A stretch of 64,000 bases of DNA from an uncultured Candidatus Rokubacteria bacterium (GCA_963771355.1 CAVYTA010000006.1:1568001-1632000); one strand, 5' to 3'. Positions 23,810 to 34,609 are shown, counted from the first letter of the stretch. Made by a program: numbers and translations. Notes: generated by a model from the letters alone, not told the origin.

Positions 23810-24908
23810 GCACGGGCGCGAGGCGCCGCGACGCGCGCACCTCGTTGCCGGCGGCATCGCCGAAGGTGAAGTCGCCGTCTTCCACCGTGAGCACCGCGGC
23901 ATCGCCCGCCGCGCCGGCGGCCAGTGTGCCCAGGGTCCCCGCCTGCCCGACCGCGCGCGCGGGCGCCGCCGTCACGGCCTCGATCACCGCCGGCAGCGAC
24001 ATGCCCAGCGCCAGAAAGGTGGACATCACGCCGAGGAGGTCGTACATGCGTCGCGCCACCAGCGGCCGCACCATGTCGGTGGACAGCGTACTGGGCGGCA
24101 GCCCCTGCTCGAGGGCGGCGCGAGCCACCCGGAGGTCGATGTGCACGCCGGCGTGTCCGACGTCGAGGACCACCCCGCGCGCGGCGGCGTCGCGCACCGA
24201 CGGCCGCACCCGCCCGCCGGTGTCGAGGATGCCATGGTCATACCCGTTGAAGATATGGGTGACGATGTCACCGGGACCCAAGCGCGCGAGGATCTCCTCG
24301 AGCGGAATCGGCGTCCCCGAGATGTGGACCATGAGGCGCCGGCCGGTGGCGTCGCAGACCCGACGGGCCATGTCCAGCACCGGCCGCGCATTGGCCTCGC
24401 CGGTGGCCAGATGCTGGATGCGCACCTTGAGGCCGAGCAGCTCGGGAAACCGCGCGAGCGCGTCGCGGGCCCGGTCCTCCTGGGCGAACCGGAGGTCCTG
24501 GAGCTCCCCCACCCCGGCGGCGAGGCTTTGCAGACCCGTGGTGGCGAGGTGGAGGAAGGCGAGCACGCGGGTGTCGGCGCGGCGGATGACCCAGTCGCGG
24601 AAGCCGGCATAGGTGGCCCAGCCCGCGCTGCCGGCATCCACGCCGGTGGTGACGCCCACCGGCAGGCAGGCCGCGTCGGGATCCACGAAGAGCGGCATGC
24701 CGCGGTGGAAGAAGTGGCCGTGCAGGTCGATGAGCCCCGGCGTGACGTAGCGGCCGGCGACGTCCACGACCTCCGCCGCGCGCACCGCGAGATCGGGCCC
24801 CAGCGCGGCGACCCGCCCATTGGCGAAGGCCACGTCCATGCGCCCCTCGAGGCCCGCCCCGGGATCGAGGACGGTGCCGCCCTTGAGGAGCAGATCGGCG
24901 TCGATCAC
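23766..24908 (-). CDS. amidohydrolase/deacetylase (dihydroorotase-like)
   Basis: PGLIDLHGH, DAGSAG, GLKVR, MVHI, DVGH, LSTD. Confidence 0.85.
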   Translation of the reverse strand: MIDADLLLKGGTVLDPGAGLEGRMDVAFANGRVAALGPDLAVRAAEVVDVAGRYVTPGLIDLHGHFFHRGMPLFVDPDAACLPVGVTTGVDAGSAGWATYAGFRDWVIRRADTRVLAFLHLATTGLQSLAAGVGELQDLRFAQEDRARDALARFPELLGLKVRIQHLATGEANARPVLDMARRVCDATGRRLMVHISGTPIPLEEILARLGPGDIVTHIFNGYDHGILDTGGRVRPSVRDAAARGVVLDVGHAGVHIDLRVARAALEQGLPPSTLSTDMVRPLVARRMYDLLGVMSTFLALGMSLPAVIEAVTAAPARAVGQAGTLGTLAAGAAGDAAVLTVEDGDFTFGDAAGNEVRASRRLAPVLTVRAGQRWRPRAS

Positions 24909-24911
24909 GCG

Positions 24912-25754
24912 CTACCCGACGTGCGTGACGAAGCTGGCGTACCGATCCACGAGCGGCAGAACCGTGTCGCGGTCGGCGGACGGCAGGGTGAAGATCGCGC
25001 GCTCGACGCCCTGATCCCGCCACATGGCGAGCTTGGCCTCGTCGGGCTTCGCCCCGAAGAGTGACACCGTGACGGTGGCCGGATCACGTCCCAGCTTCGC
25101 GGCACGGGCGCGGAGGTCGGCCAGGCCCTCGTCGATCGGATCGCGACTGCTGATGGGCATCCAGTGGCCGTCGAACTCGGCCGCGCGCTGCCGCGCGTGC
25201 GGGCCGGTGCCCCCCATCAGGATGGGCGGATGGGGCTTCTGCACCGGCTTGGGATAGGACCAGAGCCGGTCGAAGTTGACGTACTTCCCGTGGTACTCGG
25301 CCTCGTCCCGCTCCCAGATAGCTTTCATCGCGGCGATGCGCTCGCGCAGGACCTTCCACCGGCTGGCGAAGTCGGTCCCGTGCTGCGCCATCTCTTCCGC
25401 GTTCCAGCCCCCTCCCACGCCGAACAGCACGCGGCCGCGTGAGAGCCAGTCCAGGCTGGCCACCTCCTTGGCGAGCGTGATGGGATCCCGCTCGATGACG
25501 AGGCAGATGCCGGTGCCGAGCTTGATCCGGCTTGTCACCGCCGCCGCCGCCCCCAGCGCCACGAAGGGATCCAGCGTATGCCAGTACTCGCGCGGGAGCG
25601 GGGCGCCGCCCGGCCAGGGACTCTGCCGGCTGGCCGGGATATGCGTGTGCTCCGGCACCCAGAAGGATTCGAAGCCGCGATCCTCGAGGGCCCGCGCGAG
25701 CTCGTCGGGTCGGATGGAGTAGTCGGTGGCGAAGATGTAGCAGCCGTATTTCAT
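24912..25754 (-). CDS. LLM-class (luciferase-like, possibly F420-dependent) oxidoreductase
   Basis: WVPEHTHIP, LDPFVAL, LAKEVASLD, GGGWN, PKPVQKPHPP. Confidence 0.87.
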   Translation of the reverse strand: MKYGCYIFATDYSIRPDELARALEDRGFESFWVPEHTHIPASRQSPWPGGAPLPREYWHTLDPFVALGAAAAVTSRIKLGTGICLVIERDPITLAKEVASLDWLSRGRVLFGVGGGWNAEEMAQHGTDFASRWKVLRERIAAMKAIWERDEAEYHGKYVNFDRLWSYPKPVQKPHPPILMGGTGPHARQRAAEFDGHWMPISSRDPIDEGLADLRARAAKLGRDPATVTVSLFGAKPDEAKLAMWRDQGVERAIFTLPSADRDTVLPLVDRYASFVTHVG

Positions 25755-25916
25755 GATCGGCCCTTTCGAAGATGTGGGGGTTCGAACGACCGGGGTGCCG
25801 GAAGCGCCGCCCATTATACGCCGCCGCCCACCAATTCCTTGGCGCGCGCGCGAGGCCGTACTACGCTTTCCCCGTGGCCGCGGCCCGGACTCGGCCGGCC
25901 CGGAAGGAGATCTCAT

Positions 25917-26270
25917 ATGCAGACGAGCATACGGATCAGGTGGACGCTCGTGGGACTGGTGGTGCTCGCGCTGACCATGCCCGGCTGGGTGGGGGCAGAG
26001 TCGGCGGGCGGGCTCGATGCCGCGACCGGCCAGGTCAAGGCGGGAGCCAGCCAGATCGGGGAAGGCCAGGTCTTGAACGGCGCCGGCGAGATGACCAAGG
26101 GCGTCGGCAAGACCATCGTCGAGGGCGCCAAGGTCACCGGACGTGGGCTGAGCCGCGCGGGACAGGTGGCCGGCTTCGGCATCCGGACGGCCTGGGACAC
26201 CAGCTTCGACGCGACGGTGGACGCCACCGACGCGACGGTCGGCTTCTTCAAGCGCCTCGCCGACTTCTAG
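25917..26270 (+). CDS. small secreted Gly/Ala-rich hypothetical protein
   Basis: AAGGAG RBS; signal-peptide-like N-terminus. Confidence 0.6.
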   Translation: MQTSIRIRWTLVGLVVLALTMPGWVGAESAGGLDAATGQVKAGASQIGEGQVLNGAGEMTKGVGKTIVEGAKVTGRGLSRAGQVAGFGIRTAWDTSFDATVDATDATVGFFKRLADF

Positions 26271-26277
26271 CGTTCCC

Positions 26278-28827
26278 TCAGCGCGGCGGGCGGGCCAGGT
26301 AGGCAGCGAGGGCGGTGGACTCGCGCTCCTGGAACCGCGCCGCCACGCGGAGCTGCTCCAGGTACTGCTCCAGCGTCTTCCCGCCCAGGGTGATCTTGTT
26401 GCGCTCGAAGAACTCCCGCACGTCGCGCTCCCACTCGGGGCTCACCAGGCTCGTCACGCCCTCGTAGAGACGACGGTAGGCGCTCGCCGGGTACTGCCCG
26501 GCCATCGCTTCCCAGTGCTCCTTGACGAATTCCCAGGCCAGCCCGCGTGCGTACACGGAGCCCAGCATGGAGCGGATCAGGAAGGGTGCGTCCTGGCTTC
26601 GCACCTCGCCGTTGAGCGTTCGCTCGAGCGTCTGCCGGATGAGCGCGGGCTCGCGGAAGGCGCCCAGCGCGTAGAGGTAGCGCTGCTCCTCCTGCGGGTT
26701 CCGCGCGTTGCGGAACCGCTGGAAGAAGTCCGCATACTCGCGCTCGCCGCCGGTGAAGGCCAGGATGGCGATGACCGCGGGCAGGACATTGGGATCCAGC
26801 ACCGACTCGTCCTCGACGTACCGGGCCCACATCGCGCGCGCCTGCGCCTGCGTCTCCTCGTCGTTGCCGAGGGTGCCGAGCACTCGGAGGAGGTCGCCGC
26901 GGAGCTGCCGGACGAGCTCGCTCTCGCCCGCCTCGCGCTCCCAGCCCAGACGCTCGGCGGCGAGGCCCACCCGGTGGCGCACGAAGGCCTCCAGCCCGGG
27001 CCGAGCGCTCTCGGGCAGCACCCGGTTGACGTAGCCGAGGGAGCCGGTCAGGACCATCCACACATTGCGGTCCCTCTCCTCGCGGAAGCGCCCGGTCAGC
27101 TCCAGGTACTCCACCACCGGCAGGAGGCCGGCCTGGGCCAGCGCGAAGGCGTCACTCGCCACGTTGAAGCGGTCGATGGGCGGCACCTTGGCAACCGAGC
27201 GCGCGAGCTTCTTGAGCATGGCGGGGGCGTACCCGACCCGGAAGAAGCCATGACCACCCGTGTTCGCGAGCACCCAGTCCGGCGCCGCCGGCAGCTCGAC
27301 CCGCGTCTCCGCCTCCCCGAGCAGCAGGCGCTTGTCCACCCATCCGCCCTTCACCGAGGCGCGCAGGAAGATGGGGATGCGCCAGCGCTCGTCGGGGCTG
27401 CCCTCCGCGCCGAGATAGGTGAAGCGGCGCTGGGAGAGCTTGACCCCCGCTCCGTCGGCCTCGACGGACACCAGCGGATAGCCCGGCCGGAATATCCAGG
27501 CGTCCATGATCTCGGGGATGGGCTGGCCCGACGCCTTGCCCAGCGCCTTCCAGAGATCGGTGGTCTCGGCGTTGCCGTAGCGGTGGTCGTCAAGATACAG
27601 GCGCACGCCTTCTCGAAACACCGCCGGGCCGATGGACTGCTCGAGCATGCGGAGCACGCCGGCGCCCTTCTCGTAGGTAAGGAGGTCGAACATCGCCTCG
27701 CAGTCTTGCGGGGCCCTCACCTCGAACTCGATCGGCCGCGTGGACAGGAGCCCGTCCACCCCCATCGCCGCCGAGCGGGAGACGCCGAAGTTCACCCAGC
27801 GCTCCCACTCCGGCTTCCAGGCGTCCACCGCGAGCATCTCCATGAAGGTGGCGAAGGCCTCGTTGAGCCAGATGCCGTTCCACCACACCATGGTCACGAG
27901 ATCGCCGAACCACATGTGGGCCAGCTCGTGGGCCACCACGTCGGCCACGCGCTCCAGCTCGGAGTGCGACGCCGCGGTCTCGTCCACCAGGAGCGCGGTC
28001 TCGCGGAAGGTGATGGCGCCGAGATTTTCCATGGCCCCCGCCGCGAAGTCCGGAATGGCGAGGAAGTCGACCTTGTCACCCGGATAGGGGATGCCGTAGT
28101 ACTTCTCGAAGAAGTCCAGGGCAAAGGCCCCGCAGTCCAGCGCGAAGCGCGCCAGGGGCGCCTTGCCCGGCACGCACCACACGCGCAGCGGGGTAGACCC
28201 CACCATCACCGGCGCGGTGGCCTCCAGCTCGCCCACGATGAAGGCGACCAGGTAGGTGGACATCTTGATCGAGTCGGCGAAGCGCACCACCCGGCGGCCG
28301 CCCTCCGCCGGCTCCTCGCTCACCACCGCGGTGTTGGAGATGGCGGCGAGCCCGGCCGGGACCACCAGGGTGACGGAGAACACCGCCTTGCCGGCGGGCT
28401 CGTCCCAGCACGGGAAGGCTCGCCGCGCGTCGGTGGCCTCGAACTGGGTGGCGGCGATGGTGTGGGTGACGCCGGCGGCGTCCTTGTAGGTGCTGCGGTA
28501 GAAGCCGCGCAGCCGGTCGTTGAGGGTCCCGGTGAAGGCCAGCGTGAGCCGCCACTCCCCCGGCGCGAGGGCCGACGGGAAGAGGAGTCGCGCCCGCTCC
28601 TGCGCCTCCTCGAGCACGGCCGACCCCTGCACCACGGTGCCGGCAGCGTCGCGGATGGACACCGCCTGGATCGCGAGCTCGGCGGCATTCAGCACGATCT
28701 CGGTCACCGGCTCGCGGATGGTGACGGTCACCGTTTCCTCGCCCGCGAAGGTGGCGGCGTCGAGATCGGGCACGAGTCGGAGCTCGTAGCGGTTCGGCAC
28801 CACGGACGACGGCAACCGATAGTCCAT
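26278..28827 (-). CDS. M1 family aminopeptidase (puromycin-sensitive/ERAP1-C type)
   Basis: GAMEN, HELAH-X18-E, YEKG, ATQFEATDARRAFPC. Confidence 0.93.
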   Translation of the reverse strand: MDYRLPSSVVPNRYELRLVPDLDAATFAGEETVTVTIREPVTEIVLNAAELAIQAVSIRDAAGTVVQGSAVLEEAQERARLLFPSALAPGEWRLTLAFTGTLNDRLRGFYRSTYKDAAGVTHTIAATQFEATDARRAFPCWDEPAGKAVFSVTLVVPAGLAAISNTAVVSEEPAEGGRRVVRFADSIKMSTYLVAFIVGELEATAPVMVGSTPLRVWCVPGKAPLARFALDCGAFALDFFEKYYGIPYPGDKVDFLAIPDFAAGAMENLGAITFRETALLVDETAASHSELERVADVVAHELAHMWFGDLVTMVWWNGIWLNEAFATFMEMLAVDAWKPEWERWVNFGVSRSAAMGVDGLLSTRPIEFEVRAPQDCEAMFDLLTYEKGAGVLRMLEQSIGPAVFREGVRLYLDDHRYGNAETTDLWKALGKASGQPIPEIMDAWIFRPGYPLVSVEADGAGVKLSQRRFTYLGAEGSPDERWRIPIFLRASVKGGWVDKRLLLGEAETRVELPAAPDWVLANTGGHGFFRVGYAPAMLKKLARSVAKVPPIDRFNVASDAFALAQAGLLPVVEYLELTGRFREERDRNVWMVLTGSLGYVNRVLPESARPGLEAFVRHRVGLAAERLGWEREAGESELVRQLRGDLLRVLGTLGNDEETQAQARAMWARYVEDESVLDPNVLPAVIAILAFTGGEREYADFFQRFRNARNPQEEQRYLYALGAFREPALIRQTLERTLNGEVRSQDAPFLIRSMLGSVYARGLAWEFVKEHWEAMAGQYPASAYRRLYEGVTSLVSPEWERDVREFFERNKITLGGKTLEQYLEQLRVAARFQERESTALAAYLARPPR

Positions 28828-28864
28828 GACGTTGAAGGATACCAAAATCCATGGAGCGGCACAC

Positions 28865-28894
28865 TTGACATCTCTTCGGCGGCGGGCCCACACT
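28865..28894 (+). promoter_or_regulatory. sigma70-type promoter, probably leaderless SDR transcript
   Basis: TTGACA-18 bp-CACACT, 8 nt before GTG 28903; no RBS. Confidence 0.5.
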
Positions 28895-28902
28895 CGCCAG
28901 GC

Positions 28903-29712
28903 GTGAGAACCCTTCGGGATCGCGTCGCGCTGGTGACGGGCGGGGGCAGCGGCATCGGCCGCGCGCTCTGCCTCGCCTTCGCGGGCGACGGCGCGCGCGC
29001 GGTGGTGGTGGCCGACGTCGACGAGACCGGCATGGCGGAGACCGCGGCGGCGGTGGAACGCGCGGGCAGCCGCGCCGTCACCGTGCGCACCGACGTGAGC
29101 CGCCGGGCGGACGTCGAGGCCCTGGCCGATCGCGCCTGGCGCGAGTGCGGGGCGGTGGACGTCCTCTGCAACAATGCCGGCATCGCGCTGTGGGGTGGGC
29201 TCGACAAGGCCACGCATCAGGACTGGGAGTGGGCCATCGGCGTGAACCTGTGGGGCGTGATCCACGGGGTCGAGGCCTTTGTCCCGCGCATGATCGCGCA
29301 GAAGACGGACGGCCACATCGTCAACACCGCCTCCATGGCCGGGCTCATCGCCTCCGAGGGCCTCGGCGTCTACAACACCACCAAGTACGCGGTGGTCGGG
29401 CTCTCGGAGACGCTCCAGAAGGACCTGCGCGCGCATCAGATCGGCGTGTCCGTCCTTTGTCCCATGGGCGTGAAGACCGCCATCCGCCAGAGCGCGCGGA
29501 GCCGGCCCGAGGCGCTGCGCAATCCCGCCGAGGCCGACTCCGGCGGCGAGGTCGAGCTGATCGGCCGCTATCTCACCCCCGAGCACGTGGCGGAGCGCGT
29601 GCTGCGGGCCATCCACGACAACCGTCTCTATGTCATCACCCACGCGGAGGGGCTCGAGCCGCTGCGGCGGCGCCTCGCCCGCATGGAAAAAGCCATCGAG
29701 GAGTGCCAGTGA
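28903..29712 (+). CDS. short-chain dehydrogenase/reductase
   Basis: TGGGSGIG, NNAG, YNTTK. Confidence 0.9.
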   Translation: MRTLRDRVALVTGGGSGIGRALCLAFAGDGARAVVVADVDETGMAETAAAVERAGSRAVTVRTDVSRRADVEALADRAWRECGAVDVLCNNAGIALWGGLDKATHQDWEWAIGVNLWGVIHGVEAFVPRMIAQKTDGHIVNTASMAGLIASEGLGVYNTTKYAVVGLSETLQKDLRAHQIGVSVLCPMGVKTAIRQSARSRPEALRNPAEADSGGEVELIGRYLTPEHVAERVLRAIHDNRLYVITHAEGLEPLRRRLARMEKAIEECQ

Positions 29713-30639
29713 ATGCGCTTTGAGCCAGTAGTCGGCTGGGGCACGCTGCCCGCCGGATGGCGTTACGTCGAGGTCGCCGGCGTGGCGGTGGACGCCAAGG
29801 ACAATGTCTTCTGCTTCACGCGGGGCGAGCATCCCGTCATCGTCTTCGATCGCGACGGCAAGTTCCTCCGCTCCTGGGGCGAGGGACAGATCCGGCGCGC
29901 CCACGGGATCTCCCTCGACGCCGAGGGCATGCTGTGGCTCACCGACGACCTCCACCACACCAGCCGCAAGTTCACGCCGGAGGGTAAGCTCCTCCTCACC
30001 ATCGGGGATCCGGACACGCCGTCCTCCCTCCAGGGCGGCCGGCCCTTCAACCGGCCCACCCACGTCGCCGTCTGCCCGCGAACCGGCAATCTGTATCTCT
30101 CCGACGGCTACGGGAACTCCCGCGTCCACAAGTACGCGCCCGACGGCCGGCATCTGCTGTCGTGGGGCGAGCCCGGCACCGATCCCGGGCAGTTCAATCT
30201 CCCTCACAATCTCACTACCGACCGGAACGGGCTCGTTTACGTGGCCGACCGCGAGAACCACCGGGTGCAGATCTTCGACGGGGAGGGGCGCTACCAGGGC
30301 CAGTGGAACAACCTGCACCGCCCGTGCGGGCTCTACACCGACCGGCGCCAGGACGATCACCTCTACGTGGGCGAGCTCGGCTCGGCGCTCCCGGTGACGG
30401 CGCAGACGCCCAACATCGGCCCGCGCGTCACCGTGCTGAACGCCAAGGGTGAGCGGGTGGCGCGCTTCGGCGGCCAGTTCGAGGGCGAGAAGCCGGGCGA
30501 GTTCACCGCCCCGCATAGCGTGGTGACCGACTCGCGGGGCGATGTGTACGTGTCCGAGGTCTCGTGGACGGCCAAGGGAAGCCTCCAGAGCCCGCCGCGC
30601 GAGATCCGGTCGCTGCAGAAATTCCGCCGGCTGGACTAG
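29713..30639 (+). CDS. NHL-repeat protein (peptidyl-alpha-hydroxyglycine amidating lyase-like)
   Basis: Repeated FNRPT/FNLPH/FTAPH, DGYGNSRV, ADRENHRVQ. Confidence 0.82.
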   Translation: MRFEPVVGWGTLPAGWRYVEVAGVAVDAKDNVFCFTRGEHPVIVFDRDGKFLRSWGEGQIRRAHGISLDAEGMLWLTDDLHHTSRKFTPEGKLLLTIGDPDTPSSLQGGRPFNRPTHVAVCPRTGNLYLSDGYGNSRVHKYAPDGRHLLSWGEPGTDPGQFNLPHNLTTDRNGLVYVADRENHRVQIFDGEGRYQGQWNNLHRPCGLYTDRRQDDHLYVGELGSALPVTAQTPNIGPRVTVLNAKGERVARFGGQFEGEKPGEFTAPHSVVTDSRGDVYVSEVSWTAKGSLQSPPREIRSLQKFRRLD

Positions 30640-30652
30640 GACGGGGCCGCGC

Positions 30653-31849
30653 GTGACGGACGGCGAGGTCGGCTTCAACCCGTTCCTCCCCGAGTTCCAC
30701 GCCGATCCCTATCCCTTCTACCGGCGCCTGCGCGAGGCCGACCCGGTTCACCTCAGCTCCCTCGGCCTGTGGGTGCTCACCCGCTACGACGACTGCGTGA
30801 CCTGCCTCCGTGATCCGCGCTTCGGCCGCGACGGCTTCGAGCTGCTGCTGGCGCAGTTCGGCGAGGGCTCCGGCAAGCCCCTGCCCCGCTCCATGCTCTT
30901 CCGCGACCCGCCCGACCACACTCGGCTCCGCTCGCTGGTCAACCGCGCCTTCACGCCGCGCGTGATCGAGGGATTGCGGAGCCACATCCAGGGCATCGTG
31001 GACCGACTCCTGGACCGGGTGCAGTCCCGGGGCGAGATGGACGTGATCGGCGACCTCGCCTATCCCCTGCCGGTCACGGTGATCTGCGACATGCTGGGCG
31101 TCCCCGTCGCCGACCACGAGCAGATCAAGGAGTGGTCGTCGGACATCATCCGGAGCCTGGACGCCATCGGGGTGCCGTCCGACGAGACCATCGTCGCACG
31201 CGGCCGCGTCGGCCGGGAGGGCATCGCCGACTACTTCCGCGGTCTCCTGCCCGAGCGCCGGCGGAATCCGCGCGCGGATCTCCTCTCCTCGCTCATCGCG
31301 GTCGAGGAGCAGGGCGACCGCCTGACCGAGGGCGAGCTCCTCTCCACCTGCGTGCTGCTCTTCATCGCCGGCCATGAGACCACAGTGAACCTCATCGGCA
31401 ACGGCCTCCTCGCGCTGCTCCAGCACCGCGACCAGCTCGAGCGCCTCCTCGCCGACCCGGGCCTGGTAGGGACCGCGGTGGAGGAGCTGCTTCGCTTCGA
31501 CAGCCCGGTGCAGCGCACCGCGCGCATCACCAACGCGGAGGTGGAGCTCGGCGGGAAGGTCCTGCCGAAGGGCGCCTTCGTCGTCGCCGCCATCGGCGCC
31601 GCCAATCGCGATCCCGCCCACTTCGCCGATCCGGACCGCCTCGACATCGCGCGGGCCGACAACCGGCACATCGCCTTCGGCTTCGGCATTCACTTCTGCC
31701 TGGGCGCCCCGCTGGCCCGCGTCGAAGGTCAGATCGCGCTGCAGTCGCTCCTCCGCCGGATGCCCCGACTCCGCCTCGCGAGCCCCGAGCCCGGGTGGCG
31801 CGAATCGTCCACGCTGCGCGGCCTCAAGGCGCTCCCGGTCGCGTTCTAG
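30653..31849 (+). CDS. cytochrome P450
   Basis: AGHETT, EELLR, FGFGIHFCLG heme motif. Confidence 0.93.
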   Translation: MTDGEVGFNPFLPEFHADPYPFYRRLREADPVHLSSLGLWVLTRYDDCVTCLRDPRFGRDGFELLLAQFGEGSGKPLPRSMLFRDPPDHTRLRSLVNRAFTPRVIEGLRSHIQGIVDRLLDRVQSRGEMDVIGDLAYPLPVTVICDMLGVPVADHEQIKEWSSDIIRSLDAIGVPSDETIVARGRVGREGIADYFRGLLPERRRNPRADLLSSLIAVEEQGDRLTEGELLSTCVLLFIAGHETTVNLIGNGLLALLQHRDQLERLLADPGLVGTAVEELLRFDSPVQRTARITNAEVELGGKVLPKGAFVVAAIGAANRDPAHFADPDRLDIARADNRHIAFGFGIHFCLGAPLARVEGQIALQSLLRRMPRLRLASPEPGWRESSTLRGLKALPVAF

Positions 31850-31885
31850 GGGGCGCGGCCGGCGGGCGACGTTAGCGGCGCGGGC

Positions 31886-32479
31886 TCACGCGCGGCGCGG
31901 GAGGGCGAAGTAGCGCTGGAGCAGGGGCGCCCACGCTTCGAGCCGGCGCGTCGGCCGGTCGGGCACCTTGGCGAGATCGTCCCAGCGCCGGAGACGCACC
32001 GCGTCCGCCAGCCAGGGATGCCGGGTCAGGGTCGACACCGTCTCCGGGGTCATGACACCCCCCTGCAGCGTCAGCGTGTACCGAGAGCCCGGCGTGAGGG
32101 TGCCCCAGTAGGCGGGCTCGATCGCGCAGAGATAGCGCTTGGCGTCGGCGTGCATGCGCACCAGCCACGCCACGCGCTCGGGCACGTAAGGCGCGATGAG
32201 ATCCGCGCCCACGTCGTGGTGGCCTTTCGCGTCCGGGCCGGCGCCGACGGCGCGATCCTTCTTGTCGAAGATGAGGCGTGGATCCACCGCGAAGCGGCCC
32301 ACGTCGTGGAGCAGGCAGGCGAGCTGGAGCTCATCGTCCGCGCCCGCGTCGCGGGCCAGCTCCGCGCACTGGAGGGAATGCGCCAGCTCGGTGACGGGCT
32401 CGCCTCCGTACCGGCGCGCCGCCGAGCCGGCGAAGGCGTCGAGCAGGCGATCGGTCATGCTTCGCGCGACGCCTTCCAT
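31886..32479 (-). CDS. HD-domain protein, PhnZ/TmpB-like
   Basis: HSLQCA, LLHDVG, HADAKRYL, LRRWDDLAK. Confidence 0.75.
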   Translation of the reverse strand: MEGVARSMTDRLLDAFAGSAARRYGGEPVTELAHSLQCAELARDAGADDELQLACLLHDVGRFAVDPRLIFDKKDRAVGAGPDAKGHHDVGADLIAPYVPERVAWLVRMHADAKRYLCAIEPAYWGTLTPGSRYTLTLQGGVMTPETVSTLTRHPWLADAVRLRRWDDLAKVPDRPTRRLEAWAPLLQRYFALPRRA

Positions 32480-32486
32480 GCTTGGG

Positions 32487-33884
32487 CTAACCCGCGTCCC
32501 CCGGCTTCACCATCTCCTCCGGGCGCACGAGGCGGTCGAACTCCTCCGCGGTGACGTAGCCGAGGGTCAGCGCGGCCTCGCGGAGGGTGGTCCCGTCCGT
32601 GTGCGCCCGCTTCGCGATCTGCGCCGCGCGGTCGTAGCCGATCTGGGGAGCCAGCGCGGTGACCAGCATGAGGGAGTTGCCCACGTGATCGGCGATGCGC
32701 GCCACCCGGGGCTGGATGCCCTCCGCGCAGTGCTCGCGGAACGACTCCGAGGCGTCCGCCAGCAGTCGGATCGAGCGCAGCACGTTCGAGACGATGAGCG
32801 GCTTGTAGACGTTCAGCTCGAAGTTCCCCGACGCCCCCCCGAAGCCCACCGCGACGTCATTGCCCATCGCCTGGCAGCACACCATGGTGAGGGCCTCGCA
32901 CTGGGTGGGATTTACCTTGCCGGGCATGATGCTGGAGCCCGGCTCGTTCTCCGGAATGGAGATCTCGCCGAGGCCGGAGCGCGGGCCCGAGGCCATCCAG
33001 CGCACGTCGTTCGCGATCTTCATGAGGGCGGCGGCGAGGGTGCGCAAGGCGCTGGAGGCCTGGAGGTCGGCCTCGTGGGAGGCCAGCGCCTGGAACTTGT
33101 TGGGCGCGCTGGTGAACGGCCGGCCGGTGAGGCTGGCCAGCGTCTTCGCCACCCGCTCGCCGAAACCCTCGGGCGCGTTGAGCCCGGTCCCGACCGCGGT
33201 GCCGCCGATGGCCAGCTCGCACAGGGCCGGCAAGGTGCCCCGCACCGCGGCGAGGGCCTGGTCGAGCATGGCCACCCAGCCGGAGATCTCCTGGCCCAGG
33301 GTCAGCGGGGTGGCGTCCTGGAGATGCGTGCGGCCGATCTTCACGATGTCCGCGAACGCCCGCGCCTTCGCGTCGAGCGTGCCGCGCAGCGCTTCCAGGG
33401 CGGGACGCAGGCGGCCCTCGATCTCCTCCACCTCGGCCACGTGCATGGCGGTGGGGAACACGTCGTTGGAGGACTGCGACCGGTTCACGTCGTCGTTGGG
33501 ATGAATCGGTTTCTTCGAGCCCCGCACGCCCCCCAGGAGCTCGATGGCGCGGTTGGCGATCACTTCGTTGGCGTTCATGTTGGTCTGGGTGCCGCTGCCC
33601 GTCTGCCAGACCACCAGGGGGAAGTCGTCCTCGAGCTTGCCCTCGATCACCTCGTCGGCCGCCCGGATGATGGCGTCCGCCTCGTCGGCGGGCAGGAGGC
33701 CGAGCTCCCGATTCACCATCGCGCAGGCCTTCTTGACCAATCCCAGCGCACGGATGAACTCCCGGGGGAACCGCTCGCCGCCGATCTTGAAGTGCTCCAG
33801 CGAGCGCTGCGTCTGCGCGCCCCAGTACCGGTCGGCGGGAACCTCGATCGGGCCCATGGTGTCGGTCTCGATGCGCGTGTTCAT
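32487..33884 (-). CDS. fumC: class II fumarate hydratase
   Basis: [32 protein letters not shown]. Confidence 0.96.
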   Translation of the reverse strand: MNTRIETDTMGPIEVPADRYWGAQTQRSLEHFKIGGERFPREFIRALGLVKKACAMVNRELGLLPADEADAIIRAADEVIEGKLEDDFPLVVWQTGSGTQTNMNANEVIANRAIELLGGVRGSKKPIHPNDDVNRSQSSNDVFPTAMHVAEVEEIEGRLRPALEALRGTLDAKARAFADIVKIGRTHLQDATPLTLGQEISGWVAMLDQALAAVRGTLPALCELAIGGTAVGTGLNAPEGFGERVAKTLASLTGRPFTSAPNKFQALASHEADLQASSALRTLAAALMKIANDVRWMASGPRSGLGEISIPENEPGSSIMPGKVNPTQCEALTMVCCQAMGNDVAVGFGGASGNFELNVYKPLIVSNVLRSIRLLADASESFREHCAEGIQPRVARIADHVGNSLMLVTALAPQIGYDRAAQIAKRAHTDGTTLREAALTLGYVTAEEFDRLVRPEEMVKPGDAG

Positions 33885-34003
33885 CGTGATCTTTCTGCCT
33901 TGCCGCGGCTAGCATAGCACTGCTTGTCGAGGGACAGGCCCCACGGCGGCTCCTTCACGTTCGAGCTCGTTCCCGGCGCCGGCCAGTAGGCCGACGCCGC
34001 GCC

Positions 34004-34609
34004 TCATGGGTCGGGCAGCTCCTCCAGGGGGACGCGTCCGGCCACGTCGAAGACGCCGCCGCCTCGTGGCGTCAAGATCAGCATCTCGCCCTCGTCGATG
34101 GGAATGCCCGTCAAGTTCCGGATGGTGAACTGGTGGGTGACCAGGACCAGGTTCCCGCCCGCGGGCGGCTCGCCGGCGAGCGCGCGGATCTCCGCCGTGC
34201 GCCGAGCCTGGATCTCGGGGTTGGTGATCGATTGCTGCAGGGGGAGCCATTCCTCCACCCGCTCGAAGGCAAGGCGGGCGGTTTCCAGGCAACGGCAGTA
34301 GCCGCTCGAGAGCACACGTCCCACCGGAACGCTCCGCGCGCGGAACACGGCCCCGATCAAGCGCGCGTCCTCGCGTCCGTCATCGTTGAGATTCCGCTGG
34401 CGCGCGCAGTCCGAAAGGGGGGCCCCCACCGCGTCGCGCTGGCTCATATCGGTGGCGGCGTGGCGGATCAGCACGACCTGCCCGCCCCCCTTGAGCAAGG
34501 TCCAGAGCGCTTCGTCCACGGCCCCCGCCGGCGCCGCGGCAAGGACCGAGGCCGCGATGAGAACCAGGGCCGTCACCCCCACCCGGACTCCGCCCCCGAT
34601 CCGTCGCAT
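34004..34609 (-). CDS. secreted histidine phosphatase family protein
   Basis: Signal peptide, IRHA, CRCLETA, VTHQ. Confidence 0.78.
   Translation of the reverse strand: MRRIGGGVRVGVTALVLIAASVLAAAPAGAVDEALWTLLKGGGQVVLIRHAATDMSQRDAVGAPLSDCARQRNLNDDGREDARLIGAVFRARSVPVGRVLSSGYCRCLETARLAFERVEEWLPLQQSITNPEIQARRTAEIRALAGEPPAGGNLVLVTHQFTIRNLTGIPIDEGEMLILTPRGGGVFDVAGRVPLEELPDP

Noticed and set aside
26278..30678. Very long ORFs (1466 aa minus, 1065 aa plus) suggesting giant or overlapping genes
   Set aside because: They are the aminopeptidase and SDR extended through stop-poor antisense frames of neighbouring genes, as expected at ~70% GC.
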